A stretch of DNA of 48,314 nt from positions 1-48,314 of IMG/VR virus record IMGVR_UViG_3300033186_000014; one strand, 5' to 3'. This DNA is from a virus. The position numbers and the translations under genes are program-made. Below, piece by piece: positions 1-7,062 of the stretch. The notes beneath the pieces were generated by a model, which was given only the letters and a program-made list of their open reading frames with translations, was not told the DNA's origin and searched no databases. Position 1 is the first letter of the stretch, and each line of letters starts with the position of its first letter.

Positions 1-79
1 ACCACGCTCACCGGTCAAGGACTTGAACGACATAGCAGCCCGAAAGCCCATGTGGTCGTTCTCGAACTTCCTTGTCGCG
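1..79. repeat. Terminal direct repeat (copy 1), circular-closure overlap
   Basis: accacgctcaccggtcaagg...cttccttgtcgcg is identical to 48236-48314. Confidence 0.95.
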
Positions 80-504
80 TTCTGATCGATCATCAGGTTG
101 AACTGATGTCCCCAACGCGATTGAAACCAATCAGACTGGATCAATCGCCTGGTCTTGATGTTGTCCCTGATTGCCAGAGGCTCTTTGTAGGACGTGGCCA
201 CCGTACGAAGGTGAGGCAGATTCCTTGGGCCCCATTCCCACGAAGGCCAAAAGACGCCGACCGTCAGTGACTTCATCGTGCCAGGAGGAACATTGATGAT
301 CAGTCGATTAATTTGCCCGTCTGTGATTGCCCCCAAATGGTCTGACATCGCATCGATGTGCCAACCATGAACATAGGCTCTGCCCGGCTCAAGATTGTGC
401 CAAGCCGCCTTGATGTAAACTGACAGCGCCCCCTCGGCTTCCCTTCTCTGTTTCTCCGCTCTGATTGCCTGCAGAAGCCCCGAGTTTGACAAGTGCACGT
501 TCAA
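1..504 (-). CDS. terL: Terminase large subunit, N-terminal part (continues at 48235 after removing the overlap)
   Basis: Minus frame is open from the window edge to an upstream TAG at 511-513. Candidate starts are TTG 504, GTG 498 and TTG 492; there is no ATG. Translation ..VYIKAAWHNLEPGRAYVHGWHIDAMSDHLGAITDGQINRLIINVPPGTMKS.. joins in frame to ORF 47135..48286. Confidence 0.85.
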   Translation of the reverse strand, partial: MNVHLSNSGLLQAIRAEKQRREAEGALSVYIKAAWHNLEPGRAYVHGWHIDAMSDHLGAITDGQINRLIINVPPGTMKSLTVGVFWPSWEWGPRNLPHLRTVATSYKEPLAIRDNIKTRRLIQSDWFQSRWGHQFNLMIDQNATRKFENDHMGFRAAMSFKSLTGERG

Positions 505-910
505 GAGCGTCTAACTCCTCGTCTTCCATTCCTGCAAGCTTTGAGATATCGAGCGTTTGAACTGGCCCACCATCCTTCCCTGAATGCTCGTGCTTTGCTG
601 GAGCGTAACTACCCTGCATTTTGTTGGCCTCAGAGATGGCTGAGATTGCCGTCTTAGGTTCTTCTGCCTTCGTGGCATCATGGATCTCTTTAAGAGCTAT
701 AAGCCTCTCAGCGGCGCTCCATTCAGCTTTTTCAGACACTTTCGCGCGGATTTCCGCCACTCTTTTCACAATGACTTCATTTGACTTCAAGCGCGTCGCA
801 TTGCCGTGGTTTTTGGTGTAGCCAGCTTGGGCTTGTGCTTCGTCGGCTGTCTTCCCAGCCGCGATTGCTTGAGCGAAAGCCTCTCTCTTAGCATTCTTTA
901 GAACTGGCAT
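389..910 (-). CDS. terS: Terminase small subunit
   Basis: N-terminus MPVLKNAKREAFAQAIAAGKTADEAQAQAGYTKNHGNATRLKSNEVIVKRV is typical of the phage small-terminase HTH region. It lies immediately upstream of and overlapping terL. Confidence 0.8.
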   Translation of the reverse strand: MPVLKNAKREAFAQAIAAGKTADEAQAQAGYTKNHGNATRLKSNEVIVKRVAEIRAKVSEKAEWSAAERLIALKEIHDATKAEEPKTAISAISEANKMQGSYAPAKHEHSGKDGGPVQTLDISKLAGMEDEELDALERALVKLGASAGNQSGETEKGSRGGAVSLHQGGLAQS

Positions 911-913
911 TGT

Positions 914-1000
914 TCAGCTTTCGTGATCATCCAAACATGCCTTAATGAAACGGCCAAATGAGGTAAGGCTTGCCGCATATTGTGATTGTTCAAATGCCAT
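914..1000 (-). CDS. Possible 28-aa ORF directly upstream of terS
   Basis: ATG at 1000 is preceded by GGAGacGGTGGA. It encodes MAFEQSQYAASLTSFGRFIKACLDDHES, and its stop lies 3 nt before the terS ATG. Below the ORF-track size cutoff. Confidence 0.25.
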   Translation of the reverse strand: MAFEQSQYAASLTSFGRFIKACLDDHES

Positions 1001-1084
1001 TTATTCCACCGTCTCCATTTTAAGGCAATAACGTCCCTAAATAGGTTTCAATTGTCGAGGCCTCAGCAGTCCCATTATTGATCT

Positions 1085-1546
1085 TTAGGACGCCAAAGGA
1101 CTGGGATATTCGCGGGCTGAGAACCCGATTGCGCGTGGGTCGCCTTGAACTCCGCCATTACCAAACGAAACCCACATGGTTGAATGCGTGATATCAATAA
1201 ACCTAACCGGGTCGTCTATCCGCCATTCAGTGTTCTCGGAGCCATATGCATTACTACCCGCAGTAGGACCCCATACAAACCCGAAATCATCAGATTCGGA
1301 AGCATCGGCCAGAACTTCCAGTCGCAGGGAATTACCAACAGTTAAGCCAGTTAGCTGTTGTGCCACATAGTTCTGAGTAACGTCACCAATAAATGTGACC
1401 TCACCCGCATTTTCAGTCACATTCCCGGCAACCGTCCACCCCGCAAGCCCATCGCTAAAATCACTATTTGTTATTAGCTCCGTTCCGTGGCCATTACCGC
1501 GAGGCTGCAAAACAGATGCGCTAAGGCTCAAGCCTAATTCCAGCAT
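1085..1546 (-). CDS. Protein with a CBM4/9-like (galactose-binding-like) beta-sandwich signature
   Basis: ELITNSDFSDGLAGWTVAGNVTENAGEVTF... matches the N-x-F-x-x-G-x-x-x-W opening typical of CBM_4_9 modules. SD GAGGGA lies upstream of the ATG. Confidence 0.55.
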   Translation of the reverse strand: MLELGLSLSASVLQPRGNGHGTELITNSDFSDGLAGWTVAGNVTENAGEVTFIGDVTQNYVAQQLTGLTVGNSLRLEVLADASESDDFGFVWGPTAGSNAYGSENTEWRIDDPVRFIDITHSTMWVSFGNGGVQGDPRAIGFSAREYPSPLAS

Positions 1547-1711
1547 GTTATTCTATTTCCCTCGACTCTAGGCTTGTTCATTTCGCAAACTTTTTTCAGA
1601 TTTGCTGTTGACTTTCATCAGACTTTGTCTTGAGCGCTCAAAATTGCTTGATGATTTAGCCCATAATTTAGAGGCCGCACCATAGGCTTGCTCACCTCCC
1701 CCCGCACACAG

Positions 1712-1739
1712 AAAAAGGGCCGCTCCGAAAAGCTGCCCC
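1712..1739 (-). terminator. Intrinsic terminator in the late-operon leader
   Basis: Minus strand reads GGGCAGCUU-UUCG-GAGCGGCCC (9-bp stem, one mismatch, UUCG loop) followed by UUUUUCUGUG. Confidence 0.6.
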
Positions 1740-1774
1740 TTAATCCTTGCTGTTTGGCCTGATTCCTGGATTGG

Positions 1775-1984
1775 TCAGCACCCTGTTTTAACGTCCTCCA
1801 CAGCACGGACGGTTGTATTAGTTTTAGGAGCACCGCTCCTTACATTTCGCGAAGCTGTATGCAACCGATAAGGCTTGGCCTCACCTTTTGCGACGTCGAT
1901 TGCTTCTTTAAGACCTGCTTTGATTTGTTTAAACGCGCTTTTAGACAAAGCTTCGCACTCCACCTCACTGAGAATGGGGGTCAC
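1775..1984 (-). pseudogene. Possible relic of a HigA/XRE-type antitoxin (N-terminal segment only)
   Basis: A GTG at 1984 overlaps (GTGA) the stop of a 28-aa ORF at 1981-2067. SKSAFKQIKAGLKEAIDVAKGEAKPYRLH resembles the N-terminal leader of HTH antitoxins, but no HTH follows. Confidence 0.2.
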
Positions 1985-2074
1985 CAATAACGCAATCTGT
2001 GCGCCTTCTGGCTGTAGCGTGCGCGTCGGTCGGCTTCCTGCTCCAACGGGTCCACGAACCGCCACATTTCAATT

Positions 2075-2096
2075 TCAAAGTCCTAAAGGACTTTGG
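2075..2096. promoter_or_regulatory. Perfect 20-bp palindrome overlapping the stop codon of the NusG-like gene
   Basis: CAAAGTCCT-aa-AGGACTTTG (9-bp arms). Confidence 0.4.
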
Positions 2097-2751
2097 CCAA
2101 ATTGTCAAGACTGACTTTCATCTCCTGATCTCGACCGAACAGCGTTGTAACAACCCTTGCGTCCCTCTTACCCAGCTCGCTAACCTTGACAAAAAAGCCT
2201 TCGAAAGACCCCTCAAGGATTTGCACCTCGTCTCCAACAGTGAAATCTGGTGTTGCTCTGTCTTCGTCTGGCGTAAATGTTTGATAATTGCTGTCGATCC
2301 AGCTAGCCATTTCATCGCCGCTTAGCGATTTGATCCGGCCTGACTGGCCCGGCGGGCTCAAAAACCCGCGAACAAATGACTGGCTACGGTAGATCGAAAG
2401 CCAATTCTGGAATCCAGCAGGCAGACCGACAAAGACCCACCCAGGCCATTCTGGGTATGCCTTGCGCTGCCGTGATTTTGTGTATCGGCTCAATTTCTGA
2501 TAGCGCGTCCCCAATGGCAAATATGCGCTAAACCCCAGTTCGACCATGGCTCGCTGTGCATTGTAATATTTGCGTCCGCCGGGGCTAAACCGCCCGATAG
2601 CCCACAACGTGCCATCGTCGGCCATTTCAGCTTGTGCAGCCTTGTTATAAATTCTCGCTCGCCGCTCTTGTGCCTCTTCTCTTCGGGCAAACTTGTTTTC
2701 GCGCTCCATCTGTCGCTGGATTCGGAGTTCTGCTCCATATCGCTCTTTCAT
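2083..2751 (-). CDS. NusG/RfaH-like transcription factor (NGN-like region plus KOW)
   Basis: C-terminal VGDEVQILEGSFEGFFVKVSELGKRDARVVTTLFGRDQEMKVSLDNL is a KOW motif. The central LWAIGRF..GFSAYLPL..WPGWVFVGL..VRGFL is NGN-like. It is the last early gene before the packaging genes. Confidence 0.7.
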   Translation of the reverse strand: MKERYGAELRIQRQMERENKFARREEAQERRARIYNKAAQAEMADDGTLWAIGRFSPGGRKYYNAQRAMVELGFSAYLPLGTRYQKLSRYTKSRQRKAYPEWPGWVFVGLPAGFQNWLSIYRSQSFVRGFLSPPGQSGRIKSLSGDEMASWIDSNYQTFTPDEDRATPDFTVGDEVQILEGSFEGFFVKVSELGKRDARVVTTLFGRDQEMKVSLDNLAKVL

Positions 2752-2767
2752 ACCCGCTCCTTATGGT

Positions 2768-2791
2768 GGCGCACCCCGCCGCAGGTGCGCC
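2768..2791 (-). promoter_or_regulatory. Perfect 8-bp GC-rich hairpin directly upstream of the NusG-like gene SD
   Basis: GGCGCACC-N8-GGTGCGCC, followed on the minus strand by accatAAGGAGcgggtATG. No U tract. Confidence 0.4.
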
Positions 2792-2798
2792 GTCTGGT

Positions 2799-3068
2799 TT
2801 ATGCTGCCTGCCCTGCAAGTGGGATTTCAATGGCATATGCTTCCTGCCAAACGTCGGCATGGTAGGCTTTGACTGTGCCGTAGTTGGCATCAAACACGTC
2901 AATTGGAGGCAGTCCCATGTCTTTCGACGCCTGCTTTAGCTCACGCCAATTGAATTGCTGGCCGTGATAGAGCATCGACATGCGCTTGACAGATGCATAT
3001 TGCTGCGACTGGTCAAGCTCACGTTCAAGTTTGTTTGCCTTGCGTGTTGCAGCACTGGCCGTTGCCAT
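2799..3068 (-). CDS. Hypothetical protein (or a C-terminal domain of AntA reached by a -1 shift)
   Basis: 89-aa ORF with protein-like sequence (..YASVKRMSMLYHGQQFNWRELKQASKDMGLPPIDVFDANYGTVKAYH..). Its frame is open upstream to about 3142 and overlaps the AntA ORF tail by 133 nt. Confidence 0.5.
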   Translation of the reverse strand: MATASAATRKANKLERELDQSQQYASVKRMSMLYHGQQFNWRELKQASKDMGLPPIDVFDANYGTVKAYHADVWQEAYAIEIPLAGQAA

Positions 3069-3442
3069 GGCCGTCGCTTCCCGGCGTGATCCGATTTCGG
3101 CTTTGGTGGCAATTGCTCTGCGGACTTGGCCCTGCGCTCGCAGTCAATAAAATATTGTCGCGCTTGCTTCCCTTTTACGTTACGCTCGACCATGGAAAGC
3201 TCTTTGGCCATGTCAAGCGTCAAAAAATACTCAATGCGCGTGGCGTTGTTGGCTTCCATTTTTTCGTGGAAGCGAACGAAGTCAGATCCTTCAACAAAAC
3301 CGTACTGATCAATTCGGGCCTTAACCCACGTTGAGAAGTCTTGACCGCTCTCCAAGAACGCATGAAGTTCACGCGCATTGACTGTCTGGATTTGATCGTC
3401 ACCAATATTATTCATTTCAATTGAAATAAGATCATTCATCAC
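2936..3442 (-). CDS. AntA/AntB-type antirepressor domain protein
   Basis: QTVNARELHAFLESGQDFSTWVKARIDQYGFVEGSDF...YFLTLDMAKELSMVERNVKGKQARQYFIDCERR matches the AntA domain pattern. The last ~55 aa look non-protein-like. Confidence 0.75.
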   Translation of the reverse strand: MMNDLISIEMNNIGDDQIQTVNARELHAFLESGQDFSTWVKARIDQYGFVEGSDFVRFHEKMEANNATRIEYFLTLDMAKELSMVERNVKGKQARQYFIDCERRAKSAEQLPPKPKSDHAGKRRPWQRPVLQHARQTNLNVSLTSRSNMHLSSACRCSITASNSIGVS

Positions 3443-3939
3443 GCCGCCTCCTGCTTCATGAAAACAAGAAAATGCGTCATGCCCTTTCGGCCCGAAACTT
3501 GCCCAAACAGCGGACGCATAGGTGTTAGCTCAAGAACTTCCCGAAGCTTTATTTGCGTCTCGTTCCACTTGAAAACTAATGTTCCGTGTGGTTCCAACAC
3601 TCGAAAGCACTCTGAGAAACCAGCTCTTATGTCGTCTCGCCAATCATCAGACAGTTTCCCATACTTCGCGACCAGCCAGCTTTTGCTGCCACCTCTCACC
3701 AAATGAGGCGGGTCAAAAGCCACCAATTTAAAGCTGGCGTCTGGAAATGGCAGATTCCTAAAGTCCATTTCCGTATCTGGCTTGATCTCAATTGAGCGAG
3801 TGCCATTTTTTTTCCCGTGAGATCTGTCTGTGACCGTGATTGTCTCTGTTCGGATGTCACCAAAGACAGCTTTGGGGCTTGACTTATCAAACCACCACAT
3901 TCGCGAGCCACAGCAAGGATCTAAAATTGGTTCATTCAT
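3439..3939 (-). CDS. Small orphan DNA methyltransferase (N6-A or N4-C class)
   Basis: Motif I-like ILDPCCGS and motif IV-like FDPPH. 166 aa with no adjacent endonuclease gene. Contains an A8 run (plus-strand T8 at 3806-3813). Confidence 0.65.
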   Translation of the reverse strand: MNEPILDPCCGSRMWWFDKSSPKAVFGDIRTETITVTDRSHGKKNGTRSIEIKPDTEMDFRNLPFPDASFKLVAFDPPHLVRGGSKSWLVAKYGKLSDDWRDDIRAGFSECFRVLEPHGTLVFKWNETQIKLREVLELTPMRPLFGQVSGRKGMTHFLVFMKQEAA

Positions 3940-4142
3940 GCCGCCACCTCTTGTCTCAGGTCGTCAATCAGATGCTTGACTTGTTCGCGGTTGTCTTCCA
4001 GCGCCCGCAGGAGCAGATCGCGCGGCAAGGAATAGTCAATGCCTTGCAAGCCGCTATTGTCGATCAGGCGGATAGCCTCAAAGAAGCCTTCCGTCTCGTT
4101 AATCTTGTCGATAAGGGGGAGTAGTTTTCTGGATACGCTCAT
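3936..4142 (-). CDS. Hypothetical protein (68 aa)
   Basis: ATG at 4142 is preceded by GGAG, and an ATGA overlap joins it to the methyltransferase start. It is the only protein-like part of the 363-aa track ORF 3936..5027. Confidence 0.55.
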   Translation of the reverse strand: MSVSRKLLPLIDKINETEGFFEAIRLIDNSGLQGIDYSLPRDLLLRALEDNREQVKHLIDDLRQEVAA

Positions 4143-4484
4143 GGCTTGAACTCCGTATGTGATCCAAACCCGGAGCCGAAACGCCAATTTCGGGTGACCG
4201 GGCAATATAGAATTGGCGTTACCATCACACGGAATGGCGCACTTTCGTGCTCCTATACGCCCGGCCATAGAAAATGGAAAACCACGCACATGAATGCATG
4301 GCGCGGTTGAGCGCCGTATGACAGAAGGGACGCCAATCCCCGCATGTCCTTTTTCGACATGCTGGCCGCAAGTGCGGTTACCGTCAAAGGTGCGCTGATT
4401 TGTAGATTTTGTCAATCCTTCGAAATTCGGACTCGACTCTTGCGTGCGAACGAGTAGCCTGAAACCAAACTTGAAGGGATCGAA

Positions 4485-4925
4485 ATGAAAGCCATTGTCA
4501 TTATCTTGGCCACCATGATCTTGGCTAGCTGCGCACAAAATTCTTTGAATGTTTACGAGCTTCCGCCAGAAAAAAACAAGCCATATGACAAAGTGGTTAT
4601 GCTGAACAAAAAACAACTGGCTTTCGTCAAAAAGGGCATTGCAGCAGGCTTGAAAGACCCTAACTCTGCGCTTTTCGGCGACATGGTCACCTTCCAAGAT
4701 CAAAATGGCGTTTTGCGCGTTTGCGGTTACGTCAATGGCCGCAACAGCTTTGGCGGCTACACGGGCATGCAGCCTTTCCTTGCGGTTTACGTCCCTTCTG
4801 AAAACTATGTCAATTTGGTCCGTGTCGGAAGCACACCGATTGAGCGAGCCAGCATTTCCAAGGTCTGCCTGAAAAACACAAAGGCAGGTGAACCACTGCC
4901 CACCTTTAAACCCGGCCCAAGTTAA
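4485..4925 (+). CDS. Lipoprotein, opposite-strand moron within the early-right operon
   Basis: Signal peptide MKAIVIILATMILASC with lipobox LASC. SD AAGGGA. Locally AT-richer, preceded by ~340 bp of non-coding DNA. Confidence 0.8.
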   Translation: MKAIVIILATMILASCAQNSLNVYELPPEKNKPYDKVVMLNKKQLAFVKKGIAAGLKDPNSALFGDMVTFQDQNGVLRVCGYVNGRNSFGGYTGMQPFLAVYVPSENYVNLVRVGSTPIERASISKVCLKNTKAGEPLPTFKPGPS

Positions 4926-4957
4926 CCGCCGCAACGTCCAGTTATCAAAAACTTGCG

Positions 4958-5278
4958 TCACGTCTCTACCTCCAATTGCACAAGGCGGTAAAGGCCGTCC
5001 CATTTGCCCTTGTTGCTGATTGTCCAACCCATAGGCCCCAAGACTTCTTTGGCCTTGTAAATCTGCCTTGCAAGATTGTTATTGATGTTGTCAGGACCGC
5101 CGTTCGGGTCCAGTCCCCAAGCAGCATCGATAAGCTGGCCCCTCGTTCGGCCTTGGGGGCTATGAAGCAAAGCGTGAATAATCCTGCCGTGCCTTGTCTC
5201 TGACTCTGCGAAAAACAAACGCACAAGCCCCAAACCCTCAACCGTACCCTTCCCGTGACAACATGGACATTTCATCAT
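4958..5278 (-). CDS. Zinc-ribbon plus winged-helix (OmpR/PhoB C-terminal-like) putative regulator
   Basis: CPCCHGKG knuckle followed by HALLHSPQGRTRGQLIDAAWGLDPNGGPDNINNNLARQIYKAKEVL, which resembles the Trans_reg_C pattern. Confidence 0.5.
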   Translation of the reverse strand: MMKCPCCHGKGTVEGLGLVRLFFAESETRHGRIIHALLHSPQGRTRGQLIDAAWGLDPNGGPDNINNNLARQIYKAKEVLGPMGWTISNKGKWDGLYRLVQLEVET

Positions 5279-5282
5279 CGCT

Positions 5283-5519
5283 CTACCCAAAAAGCCCTGT
5301 TAAACGCGCACCCTTTTTGACGGAAAAGCCAGCTGGAAGCCCGTTAATTAAGTCTGTGCGCACGATTGCAACACTTCCCTTTTTCGGGGAGCCAGACCAA
5401 AGCTGCAGCGGGATCTGGTCCACACGGGCATTAATCTCATAGCCCTGCGCCGCCCAAAATTGTTTGATCATCATGGCTTGGTTCAGAGCTGCGGCCCATT
5501 CTTTCGTCATCTGCGGCAT
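5283..5519 (-). CDS. Hypothetical protein
   Basis: ATG at 5519 is preceded by GAGGGGG. Packed between ssb and the next gene. Confidence 0.55.
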   Translation of the reverse strand: MPQMTKEWAAALNQAMMIKQFWAAQGYEINARVDQIPLQLWSGSPKKGSVAIVRTDLINGLPAGFSVKKGARLTGLFG

Positions 5520-5530
5520 GCTTGGCCCCC

Positions 5531-5980
5531 TCAAAATGGAATGTCGTCGTTCATATCATCCGGCCCGCCTTGGGGCGCAGAGCCGTCATATGGTGGATTT
5601 TGCGGACGGCTGGTGCCTTGGCCTTCTGAACGGATATCGAGCATCACAAGTGAGCACGAGAAGCCTTGTAGGACGATTTCTGTCGAATAACGATCTTGCC
5701 CGGACTGGTCCTGCCATTTGCGGGTCTGAAGCTGACCTTCAACATAGACCTTGGAGCCTTTGCGCAGATAATTCTCTGCAACACGACACAGGCCCTCATT
5801 GAAAATAACAACACGGTGCCACTCCGTGCGCTCTTTCTTCTCGCCAGTGTTGCGATCCTTCCAGCTTTCGGAAGTGGCGACAGAGAGATTGGCAATCTTG
5901 CGCCCGTCTTGCGTGGTTCTGATATCCGGGTCATTGCCCAGTTTCCCAACCAAAATTACCTTGTTGACTGATCCGCTCAT
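5531..5980 (-). CDS. ssb: Single-stranded DNA-binding protein
   Basis: OB-fold N-terminus [45 protein letters not shown], a Gly/Pro-rich linker and the acidic tail DDIPF. Confidence 0.95.
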   Translation of the reverse strand: MSGSVNKVILVGKLGNDPDIRTTQDGRKIANLSVATSESWKDRNTGEKKERTEWHRVVIFNEGLCRVAENYLRKGSKVYVEGQLQTRKWQDQSGQDRYSTEIVLQGFSCSLVMLDIRSEGQGTSRPQNPPYDGSAPQGGPDDMNDDIPF

Positions 5981-6237
5981 TCCGCCGCCACCAATTTGTC
6001 AATAGAACGTCGAAGCATCCCGTAAGCATTTACAGCCTGCTTTTGACCAATTGTCGCGAAAAGTTCGTCGATTTTACCTTCTGGAATATTCGAAATTTTT
6101 ACAGAAACTTCACCAAAGTTTGCTTGAAGACGATATTTGATGACATCTTCTCCTGCTTCATCATCGAAAAAAATCTCAGCGGCTATTTGCTCACCATCAT
6201 CCATTTTGAACGTTTTAATCCATTCTTTAGCCATCAT
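5977..6237 (-). CDS. Hypothetical protein
   Basis: ATGA overlaps with both neighbours. Confidence 0.6.
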   Translation of the reverse strand: MMAKEWIKTFKMDDGEQIAAEIFFDDEAGEDVIKYRLQANFGEVSVKISNIPEGKIDELFATIGQKQAVNAYGMLRRSIDKLVAAE

Positions 6238-6488
6238 TCCGTTCCTTCCAGTGCCATGCCCAGCGCCGACAAATACAGATCAAGCAAAGCTTCCATTTCC
6301 TGACGCGTGTTGTTGTCCTGCTTGCGGATGCGCACCACCTGACGAAGGACTTTCACGTCATAACCGTTGCCCTTGGCCTCGGCGTAAATGTCCTTAATAT
6401 CGTCGCTTATCGCTTTCTTTTCCTCTTCAAGACGCTCCACTCTCTCGACAAAACTCCGAAGCTGGTCCGCTGCTATTCCGTTGGTCAT
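6234..6488 (-). CDS. GapR-like nucleoid-associated protein (DUF2312/UPF0335)
   Basis: [50 protein letters not shown]...[11 protein letters not shown] matches the DUF2312 consensus along its whole length. Confidence 0.85.
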   Translation of the reverse strand: MTNGIAADQLRSFVERVERLEEEKKAISDDIKDIYAEAKGNGYDVKVLRQVVRIRKQDNNTRQEMEALLDLYLSALGMALEGTE

Positions 6489-6618
6489 TTGTTTGATCCT
6501 TTAGTGCTTTAAGAACGAGACTGGCAAAGACAGTGCGCGTCCTAGCGTCACAAAACTCCCAGCCAAGGGGGGGGTTGGGGTGATGGCCCTAAGTTTGTGA
6601 GTTCGGCACGCTTATCGC

Positions 6619-6903
6619 TCATCTCTCTTCCCCTTTTCCTGGACGCCCGCCCGTGACTTCATCAAGCCGCGCATAAGCCGCTTCTGCTGTCGTGCAAACG
6701 CTGGTCTTATGCACCGCGCCTGACTTGGCGACCATGGCGAGCATCCCGATGATAGCGCCGACAACTTCCATAACCCTGCTTTCGATAACCCAGCCCAAAC
6801 CAATCAGCCCGACGAAAAGGGCAAAAAGGCTCAAGTTAGAAAGAAATGAGTTCAAAGCGCTGCGCGAATAAATGATGTATTCTGTTTTTGTCTCAGTCAT
6901 CAT
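6619..6903 (-). CDS. Two-TM membrane protein
   Basis: Hydrophobic segments LSLFALFVGLIGLGWVI and VVGAIIGMLAMVA. Confidence 0.55.
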   Translation of the reverse strand: MMTETKTEYIIYSRSALNSFLSNLSLFALFVGLIGLGWVIESRVMEVVGAIIGMLAMVAKSGAVHKTSVCTTAEAAYARLDEVTGGRPGKGEER

Positions 6904-7051
6904 CTTTGACCCACACTTCTACGCGCGCCGTCGCTATTCCCCATGCGATTTCAAGCGCCTCTTCCTCGCTTTCTGCTTCGATCTCTTCATATTCTGCGTC
7001 ATTAGCAAGACCCCAAGTCATCTCGATTTTAAATGTTTTTGTCTCAGCCAT
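6893..7051 (-). CDS. Small acidic protein (52 aa)
   Basis: ATG at 7051 is preceded by GAGGAAGAGAG. It encodes MAETKTFKIEMTWGLANDAEYEEIEAESEEEALEIAWG..., overlaps the next start, and is below the track cutoff. Confidence 0.45.
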   Translation of the reverse strand: MAETKTFKIEMTWGLANDAEYEEIEAESEEEALEIAWGIATARVEVWVKDDD

Positions 7052-7062
7052 CTCTCTTCCTC

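Noticed and set aside
52-270. 72-aa plus-strand ORF at the window start
   Set aside because: Antisense to the terL N-terminal coding region.
3936-5027. 363-aa minus-strand track ORF
   Set aside because: Only its last 68 codons (3936-4142) have an SD and protein-like sequence. The rest is antisense to the well-supported lipoprotein gene and to non-coding DNA, with Arg/Gly/Cys-rich junk-like composition.
6567-6574. G8 homopolymer
   Set aside because: It lies in a 130-bp intergenic region with no frame consequence. A possible effect on a promoter spacer cannot be judged from sequence alone.
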